This document shows, piece by piece, positions 26,684 to 38,052 of a DNA stretch of 64,000 nucleotides (positions are counted from its first letter, which is position 1; each line of letters starts with the position of its first letter). Source of the DNA: Macrostomum lignano (lineage: Eukaryota); assembly GCA_002269645.1 (NCBI GenBank), contig NIVC01002194.1, positions 23,349 through 87,348 on the forward strand, given 5' to 3'. A program made the position numbers and the translations under genes. The notes below the pieces were generated by a model. The model saw only the letters and a list, made by a program, of their open reading frames with translations, had not been told where the DNA came from and did not search any database.

Positions 26684-27068
26684 GAGTTGCCTGAATGTTT
26701 TCAACAGTTAGCCGAGTGTGAACTGGTTGCTAGGGCTTGAGTTGCCTGAATGTTTTCAACAGTTAGCCGAGTGTGAACTGGTTGCTAGGGCTTGAGTTGC
26801 CTGAATGTTTTCAACAGTTAGCCGAGTGTGAACTGGTTGCTAGGGCTTGAGTTGCCTGAATGTTTTCAACAGTTAGCCGAGTGTGAACTGGTTGCTAGGG
26901 CTTGAGTTGCCTGAATGTTTTCAACAGTTAGCCGAGTGTGAACTGGTTGCTAGGGCTCGAGTTGCCTGAATGTTTTCAACAGTTAGCCGAGTGTGAACTG
27001 GTTGCTAGGGCTTGAGTTGCCTGAATGTTTTCAACAGTTAGCCGAGTTTGAACTGGTTGCTAGGGCTT
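26684..27068. repeat. 55-bp tandem repeat, 7 copies
   Basis: GAGTTGCCTGAATGTTTTCAACAGTTAGCCGAGTGTGAACTGGTTGCTAGGGCTT repeated almost perfectly. Confidence 0.97.
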
Positions 27069-27655
27069 GTCCTGCGATGCTCTCATCCTCAAAGGGTGTA
27101 CGCTCGTACTAAAAGCCTGACAACATGCCCATTGTAACAACTGATACCATTTCACAAGTTTTTTTCACTTATGACCTTAAAGCGCACGAGCTAAAGGCCA
27201 GGATTTCAACGCGGCAGACCCTCGCTAATGTGGCTCGAACTCAGGGACTTGGGGGTTGGGAAGACTTCGTTCGCTGCCCGGTGAAGCTGGCCAATATTCA
27301 TGCGGACATCTCCGGTTTCTCTATCATTATAGGCGATGAAATATTTCATTTTTTCAATTCCTGAAATCGTCTTGAAGACACGCAAATTTTTTAAATAGAT
27401 TTCCGAATAATGCGCCAAAGATCTTGAAAACCTTATCCTTAAGTATAATCTTTTTGATTAATCCACTTCCTAAACCGTCTGATAATCCGACATTTTTTCT
27501 AATCCAAAATTTCCTGTCAGAATCGAAGAATCACGATCTGATTTTAGTACGGTATGAGAGGCCCGATGCGTTCTGTAGTGATCGCACAGCAATTCGGCTT
27601 TTAAAAGTTAAAAAATAATAAAAAAAATAAAGGCAAAACGAAACAGCAGCGAACC

Positions 27656-29236
27656 AATGCAACACACAGAAGACACAAGGATAAGGCACAATGCAACACA
27701 AACAAGACACAAGGATCAGGCACAATGCAACACACAGAAGACACAAGGATCAGGCACAATGCAACACACAGAAGACACAAGGATCAGGCACAATGCAACA
27801 CACACAAGTCACAAGGATCAGGCACAATGCAACACACAGAAGACACAAGGATCAGGCACAATGCAACACACACAAGACACAAGGATCAGGCACAATGCAA
27901 CACACAGAAGACACAAGGATCAGGCACAATGCAACACACACAAGACACAAGGATCAGGCACAATGCAACACACAGAAGACACAAGGATCAGGCACAATGC
28001 AACACACACAAGACACAAGGATCAGGCACAATGCAACACACAGAAGACACAAGGATCAGGCACAATGCAACACACAGAAGACACAAGGATCAGGCACAAT
28101 GCAAACACAGAAGACACAAGGATCAGGCACAATGCAACACACAGAAGACACAAGGATCAGGCACAATGCAACACACAGAAGACACAAGGATCAGGCACAA
28201 TGCAACACACAGAAGACACAAGGATCAGGCACAATGCAACACACAGAAGACACAAGGATCAGGCACAATGCAACACACAGAAGACACAAGGATCAGGCAC
28301 AATGCAACACACAGAAGACACAAGGATCAGGCACAATGCAACACACACAAGACACAAGGATCAGGCACAATGCAACACACAGAAGACACAAGGATCAGGC
28401 ACAATGCAACACACAGAAGACACAAGGATCAGGCACAATGCAACACACAGAAGACACAAGGATCAGCACAATGCAACACACACAAGACACAAGGATCAGG
28501 CACAATGCAACACAAACAAGACACAAGGATCAGGCACAATGCAACACACAGAAGACACAAGGATCAGGCACAATGCAACACACAGAAGACACAAGGATCA
28601 GGCACAATGCAACACACAGAAGACACAAGGATCAGGCACAATGCAACACACACAAGACACAAGGATCAGGCACAATGCAACACAAACAAGACACAAGGAT
28701 CAGGCACAATGCAACACACAGAAGACACAAGGATCAGGCACAATGCAACACACAGAAGACACAAGGATCAGGCACAATGCAACACACGAAGACACAAGGA
28801 TCAGGCACAATGCAACACACACAAGACACAAGGATCAGGCACAATGCAACACACAGAAGACACAAGGATCAGGCACAATGCAACACACAGAAGACACAAG
28901 GATCAGGCACAATGCAACACACAGAGACACAAGGATCAGGCACAATGCAACACACACAAGACACAAGGATCAGCACAATGCAACACACACAAGACACAAG
29001 GATCAGGCACAATGCAACACACAAGACACAAGGATCAGGCACAATGCAACACACACAAGACACAAGGATCAGGCACAATGCAAACAACACAAGACACAAG
29101 GATCAGGCACAATGCAACACAAACAAGACACAAGGATCAGGCACAATGCAACACATACAAGTCACAAGGATCAGGCACAATGCAACACACACAAGACACA
29201 AGGATCAGGCACAATGCAACACACACACAGACACAA
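27656..29236. repeat. 34-bp minisatellite AATGCAACACACAGAAGACACAAGGATCAGGCAC running into the gap
   Basis: Read directly. Confidence 0.97.
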
Positions 29237-29857
29237 NNNNNNNNNNNNNNNNNNNNNNNNNNNNNNNNNNNNNNNNNNNNNNNNNNNNNNNNNNNNNNNN
29301 NNNNNNNNNNNNNNNNNNNNNNNNNNNNNNNNNNNNNNNNNNNNNNNNNNNNNNNNNNNNNNNNNNNNNNNNNNNNNNNNNNNNNNNNNNNNNNNNNNNN
29401 NNNNNNNNNNNNNNNNNNNNNNNNNNNNNNNNNNNNNNNNNNNNNNNNNNNNNNNNNNNNNNNNNNNNNNNNNNNNNNNNNNNNNNNNNNNNNNNNNNNN
29501 NNNNNNNNNNNNNNNNNNNNNNNNNNNNNNNNNNNNNNNNNNNNNNNNNNNNNNNNNNNNNNNNNNNNNNNNNNNNNNNNNNNNNNNNNNNNNNNNNNNN
29601 NNNNNNNNNNNNNNNNNNNNNNNNNNNNNNNNNNNNNNNNNNNNNNNNNNNNNNNNNNNNNNNNNNNNNNNNNNNNNNNNNNNNNNNNNNNNNNNNNNNN
29701 NNNNNNNNNNNNNNNNNNNNNNNNNNNNNNNNNNNNNNNNNNNNNNNNNNNNNNNNNNNNNNNNNNNNNNNNNNNNNNNNNNNNNNNNNNNNNNNNNNNN
29801 NNNNNNNNNNNNNNNNNNNNNNNNNNNNNNNNNNNNNNNNNNNNNNNNNNNNNNNNN
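29237..29857. other. Assembly gap (621 N)
   Basis: Run of N. Confidence 1.
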
Positions 29858-30469
29858 AACTCGTCACCTGTCTCGCTGTCATAAAACTCACTGCATTCCA
29901 CCGATCTCAAAAACTCAACATCAACCCATCTGCTCCTCATCCCAGACACGGACCCCGAGCTGTCATCGTCAAACGGCACCACGCCAAGATCTTGCCGAGT
30001 CATCAGCCGCCCGATACGAGCTGCCGGCCAGAAGTCACCAGCGCTACACAGACTACACGCGACATCAACAATCATCATCAGCACGTTCAGATTCAGCATC
30101 AAGGACGGCAAGGCAGCACAAGTAGCAGCAATGAAATTTTGAAGCTCAGTGACAACAGCGAAGGAGGCAGCGGCGGTGAGCCGTTGCTTCTGCAGTCGGC
30201 CACTCAACAGACGACTCGAATTCCCACCGTTGTTGGCCTCGCAGCCACAGTTCGGCAGCAGCAGCTGCAGCAGAAACGCCAGGGCCGGCTGTCCGGCAAA
30301 TCTCGAGCCGGCAGCCAACAGCAGCGGGGCCAGCTGTCGCAGGCCAAGAGGCAGCAGCGACAGCGCAGAGGCTGCCACGGGTCAGGGGCGGCCGGCAGTT
30401 TATGCGGAGGGCGAGAAAGCACCCTACGGTGGATAGAATTGTCACTCTACTGCAGGTGAGGCTGGTTGA

Positions 30470-30484
30470 GACAGACAGGCAGGC

Positions 30485-30552
<68 letters not shown>

Positions 30553-30554
30553 GG

Positions 30555-30586
<32 letters not shown>

Positions 30587-30590
30587 GGCG

Positions 30591-30659
<69 letters not shown>

Positions 30660-30687
30660 ACGGACAGACGGACAGACAGACAGACAC

Positions 30688-30746
<59 letters not shown>

Positions 30747-30775
30747 CACAGACAGACAGACAGACAGACAGACAC

Positions 30776-30818
<43 letters not shown>

Positions 30819-30850
30819 CTCTGACAGACAGACAGACAGACAGAACAGAC
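30470..30850. repeat. (CAGA)n microsatellite, starting just after a GTGAG donor-like site at ~30455
   Basis: Read directly. Confidence 0.97.
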
Positions 30851-31397
30851 AGAACAGAAAACTCGAAGGGAAAAGGAGCAGAGCAGTGAAAAGTGCAAGA
30901 ATCTATTCTGTTCAGGTAACTGTCAGATCCGCCAGGAATGCAGGCCTGAGCTGCAATTACATGCAACAATAAAAGCACGGCCCTATGGAAAGCTGAAAGA
31001 AGAAAATCAGCAGGCTTTATCAGCACGTGTCTTTGCATGGAAATAGTCAGAATTAATTAAAACCGATGGCTGACGGATGTGCTTTTCCTGGAATTAACAG
31101 ATGCAAAGCCTCACCGATCGGGTTGGGGCTTGGCAATTTCATGGATAAGATTCTGTAGATGCAGATTAATTAAAGCAAAAAATTGAATCGGTAAATTTTG
31201 ATTTCAAAGAAATAAGAAGATTATTTTCTTTTTACCTACTCAGAAAATCGTTGACTGACAAAAGTGAATAATGAATTATAAACGTGAATTTTCAAGCTTA
31301 CCGTCGAGCAGAGTCGGATTCAAAGGAATATGGCAAGGTATATCTCGTGCGATAGAAAAGAAGGCAGCGTTCAAATAGAGGATAAAGAGGTGTCTCA

Positions 31398-32442
31398 GAG
31401 GGGAATTGCTCTGATGTCTCGGAGGGGAATTGGTCTGATGTCTTGGAGGGGAATTGCTCTGATGTCTTGGAGGGAATTGCTCTGATGACTTGGAGGGGAA
31501 TTGCTCTGATGTCTTGGAGGGGAATTGCTCTGATGTCTCGGAGGGGAATTGGTCTGATGTCTTGGAGGGGAATTGCTCTGATGTCTTGGAGGGGAATTGC
31601 TCTGATGTCTTGGAGGGGAATTGGTCTGATGTCTTGGAGGGGAATTGCTCTGATGTCTTGGAGGGGAATTGGTCTGATGTCTCGGAGGGGAATTGCTCTG
31701 ATGTCTTAGAGGGGAATTGCTCTGATGTCTCGGAGGGAATTGCTCTGATGTCTTGGAGGGGAATTGGTCTGATGTCTTGGAGGGGAATTGGTCTGATGTC
31801 TCGGCGGGGAATTGGTCTGATGTCTCGGCGGGGAATTGGTCTGATGTCTCGGAGGGGAATTGGTCTGATGTCTCGGCGGGAATTGGTCTGATGTCTTGGA
31901 GGGGAATTGCTCTGATGTCTCGGGGGGGAATTGCTCTGATGTCTCGGAGGGGAATTAATCTGATGTCTTGGAGGGGAATTGCTCTGATGTCTCGGAGGGG
32001 AATTGGTCTGATGTCTCGGCGGGGAATTGGTCTGATGTCTTGGAGGGAATTGGTCTGATGTCTCGGCGGGGAATTGCTCTGATGTCTTGGAGGGGAATTG
32101 CTCTGATGTCTCGGGGGGGAATTGGTCTGATGTCTCGGAGGGGAATTGGTCTGATGTCTCGGAGGGGAATTGGTCTGATGTCTCGGAGGGGAATTGGTCT
32201 GATGTCTCGGAGGGGAATTGGTCTGATGTCTCGGCGGGGAATTGGTCTGATGTCTTGGAGGGGAATTGCTCTGATGTCTCGGGGGGGAATTGCTCTGATG
32301 TCTCGGAGGGGAATTGGTCTGATGTCTTGGAGGGGAATCGGTCTGATGTCTCGGAGGGGAATTGGTCTGATGTCTCGGAGGGGAATTGGTCTGATGTCTC
32401 GGAGGGGAATTGCTCTGATGTCTCGGAGGGGAATTGCTCTGA
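31398..32442. repeat. 24-bp minisatellite GGAGGGGAATTG(C/G)TCTGATGTCT(C/T)
   Basis: Read directly. Confidence 0.97.
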
Positions 32443-32522
32443 TTGTTACAACGCGCAATATGATTAATGGCTTTTGTTTACCAAGGTATATATAAATTAT
32501 TTTAACTAATTTCAAAATCCAG

Positions 32523-35500
32523 GACAAACGAATCGATGACGACCAATTGGAGCAGATCCAGGACCTGCAGCTGCCTCTGCTCAGGAAAATTCTCAACGTG
32601 ATCTTCATCTCGTTAGGAGTAGTATTTCTGCTCGGGGTGATTGTCGTTATTGTTTACACTAATCTCGGTGAGCACTTTAGTTGAGTGTTTATAAGAGAGT
32701 AAGTAGAAGCTATAATGAGTGTTTATAAAGCACTGAAGAGTAAGTAGAAGCTAAAATGAGTGTTTATAAAGCACTAGAATGTAAGTAGAAGCTAAAATGA
32801 GTGTTTATAGAGCACTAGAGAGTAGAGCACTGAAGAGTAAGTAGAAGCTATAATGAGTGTTTAAAAAGCACTAGGGAGTAAGTAGAAGCTATAATGAGTG
32901 TTTATATAGCACTGAAGAGTAAGTAGAAGCTATAATGAGTGTTTATATAGCACTGAAGAGTAAGTAGAAGCTATAATGAGTGTTTATATAGCACTGAAGA
33001 GTAAGTAGAAGCTAAAATGAGTGTTTATATAGCACTGAAGAGTAAGTAGAAGCTATAGTGAGTGTTTATATAGCACTGAAGAGTAAGTAGAAGCTATAAT
33101 GAGTGTTTATATAGCACTGAAGAGTAAGTAGAAGCTAAAATGAGTGTTTACTGTTTATATAGCACTGAAGAGTAAGTAGAAGCTAAAATGAGTGTTTACT
33201 GTTTATATAGCACTGAAGAGTAAGTAGATGCTATAGTGAGTGTTTATATAGCACTGAAGAGTAAGTAGAAGCTATAATGAGTGTTTATATAGCACTGAAG
33301 AGTAAGTAGAAGATATAATGAGTGTTTACTGTTTATATAGCACTGAAGAGTAAGTAGAAGCTAAAATGAGTGTTTACTGTTTATATAGCACTGAAGAGTA
33401 AGTAGATGCTATAGTGAGTGTTTATATAGCACTGAAGAGTAAGTAGATGCTATAGTGAGTGTTTATATAGCACTGAAGAGTAAGTAGATGCTATAGTGAG
33501 TGTTTATATAGCACTGAAGAGTAAGTAGATGCTATAGTGAGTGTTTATATAGCACTGAAGAGTAAGTAGATGCTATAGTGAGTGTTTATATAGCACTGAA
33601 GAGTAAGTAGATGCTATAGTGAGTGTTTATATAGCACTGAAGAGTAAGTAGATGCTATAGTGAGTGTTTATATAGCACTGAAGAGTAAGTAGATGCTATA
33701 GTGAGTGTTTATATAGCACTGAAGAGTAAGTAGATGCTATAGTGAGTGTTTATATAGCACTGAAGAGTAAGTAGAAGCTATAGTGATTGTTTATATAGCA
33801 CTGAAGAGTAAGTAGATGCTATAGTGAGTGTTTATATAGCACTGAAGAGTAAGTAGAAGCTAAAATGAGTGTTTATACAGCACCAGAGAGTAAGTAGAAG
33901 CTATAATGAGTGTTTACTGTTTATATAGCACTGAAGAGTAAGTAGAAGTTAAAATGAGTGTTTATATAGCACTAGAGAGTAAGTAGAAGCTATAATGAGT
34001 GTTTACTGTTTATACAGCACTGAAGAGTAAGTAGAAGCTATAATGAGTGTTTATATAGCACTAGAGAGTAAGTAGAAGCTATAATGAGTGTTTATATAGC
34101 ACTGAAGAGTAAGTAGAAGCTATAATGAGTGTTTATATAGCACTGAAGAGTAGGTAGAAGCTATAATGAGTGTTTATATAGCACTGAAGAGTAAGTAGAA
34201 GCTAAAATGAGTGTTTACTGTTTATATAGCACTGAAGAGTAAGTAAAAGCTAAAATGAGTGTTTATATAGCACTGAAGAGTAGGTAGAAGCTAAAATGAG
34301 TGTTTGTATAGCACTGAAAAGTAAGTAGAAGCTATAATGAGTGTTTATATAGCACTGAATAGTAAGTAGAAGCTATAATGAGTGTTTATATAGCACTGAA
34401 GAGTAAGTAGAAGCTATAATGAGTGTTTATATAGCACTGAAGAGTAAGTAGAAGCTAAAATGAGTGTTTACTGTTTATATAGCACTGAAGAGTAAGTAAA
34501 AGCTAAAATGAGTGTTTATATAGCACTGAAGAGTAGGTAGAAGCTAAAATGAGTGTTTGTATAGCACTGAAAAGTAAGTAGAAGCTATAATGAGTGTTTA
34601 TATAGCACTGAATAGTAAGTAGAAGCTATAATGAGTGTTTATATAGCACTGAAGAGTAAGTAGAAGCTATAATGAGTGTTTATATAGCACTGAAGAGTAA
34701 GTAGAAGCTATAATGAGTGTTTATATAGCACTGAAGAGTAAGTAGAAGCTATAATGAGTGTTTATAAAGCACTAGAATGTAAGTAGAAGCTCAAATGGGT
34801 GTTTATAAAGCAGTAGAGAGTAAGTAGTAGCTAAAATGAGTGTTTATAAAGCACTAGAGTAAGTAGAAGCTAAAATGAGTGTTTATAAAGCACTAGAATG
34901 TAAGTAGAAGCTTAAATGGGAGTTTATAAAGCAGTAGAGAGTAAGTAGTAGCTAAAATGAGTGTTTATAAAGCACTAGAATGTAAGTAGAAGCTTAAATG
35001 GGAGTTTATAAAGCAGTAGAGAGTAAGTAGTAGCTAAAATGAGTGTTTATAAAGCACTAGAGTAAGTAGAAGCTATAATGAGTGTTTATAAAGCACTAGA
35101 ATGTAAGTAGAAGCTTAAATGGGTGTTTATAAAGCAGTAAAGAGTAAGTAGTAGCTAAAATGAGTGTTTATAAAGCACTAGAGTAAGTAGAAGCTAAAAT
35201 GAGTGTTTATATAGCACTAGAATATAAGTAAAAGCTTAAATGGGTGTTTATAAAGCAGTAGAGAGTAAGTAAAGACTAAAATGGGTGTTTACAAAGCACT
35301 AGAGAGTATATAGAAGCTATAATGAGTGTTTATATAGCACTAGAGAGTAAGTAGAAGCTATAATGAGTGTTTATATAGCACTAGAGAGTAAATAGAAGCT
35401 ATAATGAGTGTTTATATAGCACTAGAGAGTAAGTAGAAGCTATAATGAGTGTTTATAAAGCACTAGAGAGTAAGTAGAAGCTATAATGAGTGTTTATATA

Positions 35501-35632
35501 AAGGTGGTTGTAGAATTCAGTCAATTTTTTTTCTCAAAATCCAATCATAAATTAACTACGCATCACGTGATCTGTACTTCTCTCTGCACAACAGGCAAGG
35601 ATGACCATCACGGTGTTGCCAGGAGGCTGTAG
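32523..35632 (+). CDS. 3' exons (32523-32667, 35595-35632) of a protein with a C-terminal TM helix and short tail; upstream exons unresolved
   Basis: CCAG|DKRIDDDQLEQIQDLQLPLLRKILNVIFISLGVVFLLGVIVVIVYTNL+G|GTGAG, then phase-compatible ACAG|GC AAG giving GKDDHHGVARRL*. Confidence 0.55.
32690..35500. repeat. 41-bp AT-rich satellite AGCACTGAAGAGTAAGTAGAAGCTATAATGAGTGTTTATAT filling an intron
   Basis: Read directly; variants are clustered. Confidence 0.97.
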
Positions 35633-36459
35633 AGATGAGCTGCAGAGAGACTCGGTTCCCGATCGGACGGTTCAAAGGACGCGCTTATAAATTAATAAAC
35701 AGTCATTGCTACTCACTGTGAAATTTTATCAATTATCGCCAATTAAATTCCCGAGCTTACTGTCCGAATATTAATAATTGACCAAAGTACTCGTACTGTT
35801 ATTTCTGTGGCTGCGACTGCTTCTGTTAACTGTGAAATTAGAAATTGAATAGTCAGCTAATCTCTCTCAGGGAGAGAGAAGAGACGAGAGGAGATGAGCT
35901 ATGAGATGAGAAAAGGAGAGGAGAAGAGTCCGCCGACCCCTGCAGGTCAACAAAGTGGCCTATTTTTGAATTGACAGTTCAACAAACTGACCTACATACT
36001 TCACTGCATATATCGTCCATTATTATGTTGTGCCAAGCAATGTTTTGAGAGCCAATTTTCAGAAGCAACCAGCAAATGAATGAGTTAGGGCAGATGCTGC
36101 ACGAGTGCGGGGGGGGCTTGCATAGCCTGTATAGAGAGACACACGTGCATCATCACTGAGAAAAACCATGGGTTGAATAGAAACTCAACGACAACAAAAT
36201 TGTACACGGTTATTTCATTTTTCATCTCTCTGTCTCTCTGTCTCTGCTTGTGTCGCTGTGTGTCCGAATCTGAGTCGAACAATAGCAACTGCATGGCTCC
36301 ACTTGCCAAAACTCTTTTTTTATTAAAACACGTTTTCTCAGCTTAGTTGAGTCTCGTGTCAGCGGGTCTGGCAGTTGCAGACTCTCTTATCTGCATCTCA
36401 ACAGCTAGGAGTCGCCATCAAGTTAACACCTTTCCTTTATCCTGAAAGGAAATTTGAAC

Positions 36460-37265
36460 ATGGCAGCAAGGCGGTCAATAAGATTGGTTTGGCTGATACT
36501 GCTGATTGCTCTGTTGGCATGCGGGCTGACTGTCGGGTTGCCAACCAGCGATGATGAGTCAGTGCTGAGTCCTGAGATTAGTGAGTACCACAGTATTTCA
36601 TTTTTATGTTCATTTTATTCAACAGCACCGAAACAAAAAAGACTAAAAAAATTGTTATAGAAGAGATTCGTAAAGGAGAGATTCGTAGGGGTGAGATTCG
36701 TAGAGGATAGATTCGTAAAGGAGAGATTCGTAGGGGTGAGATTAGTAGAGGATAGATTCGTAAAGGAGAGATTCGTAGGGGTGAGATTCGTAGAGGAGAG
36801 ATTCGTAGGGGTGAGATTCGTAGAGGAGAGATTCGTAGGGGTGAGATTCGTACGGGCGAGATTCGTAGGGGTGAGATTCGTAGAGGAGAGATTCGTATGG
36901 GTGAGATTCGTAGAGGAGAGATTCGTACGGGTAAGATTCGTAGGAGTGAGATTCGAATAGGTGAGATTCGTAGGGGTGAGATTCGTAGGGGTGAGATTTG
37001 AAGAGGTGAGATTCGCGTATGATATGACTCGAAATAGTTTGAAAGCTGTGAAGCTATTACAACCATCGATGCACAAAAACTTTTTTATAATCTTTCACAG
37101 ATGTAAACAGGTTGACGGACTTCAACAGACTGGCATACAGCGATGACTCGTCAAGTAAAGCGGCCGATTCTAGCGAGCTCAACACTGTCTTCGAAGACGA
37201 AAGAGGAGAGGAAACGGCTGCGCAACGAAAGTGCCCGTATGGTTCGTCCAGTGAGTAACTAACTG

Positions 37266-37300
<35 letters not shown>

Positions 37301-37301
37301 G

Positions 37302-37344
<43 letters not shown>

Positions 37345-37417
37345 GACTAACTAACTGACTAACTGACTAACTAACTAACTAACTAACTGACTAGCTAACT
37401 AACTAACTAACTAACTG

Positions 37418-37452
<35 letters not shown>

Positions 37453-37493
37453 GACTAACTGACTAACTAACTAAATAACGAACTGACTAACTG

Positions 37494-37524
<31 letters not shown>

Positions 37525-37637
37525 GACTAACTAACTAACTGACTAACTGACTAACTGACTAACTGACTAACTAACTAACTGACTAACTGACTGACTAACT
37601 AACTAACTGACTAACTGACTAACTAACTGACTAACTG

Positions 37638-37680
<43 letters not shown>

Positions 37681-37929
37681 GACTAACTAACTAACGAACT
37701 AACTAACTAACTAACTGACTAACTGACTAACTGACTAACTAACTAACTAACTAACTGACTAACTGACTGACTAACTAACTGACTAACTAACTGACTAACT
37801 AACTAACTAACTAACTGACTAACTAACTAACTAACTAACTAACTGACTAACTAACTAACTAACTAACTGACTAACTAACTAACTAACTAACTGACTAACT
37901 AACTGACTAACTAACTAACTAACTAACTG

Positions 37930-37960
<31 letters not shown>

Positions 37961-37981
37961 GACTAACTAACTGACTAACTG

Positions 37982-38052
<71 letters not shown>

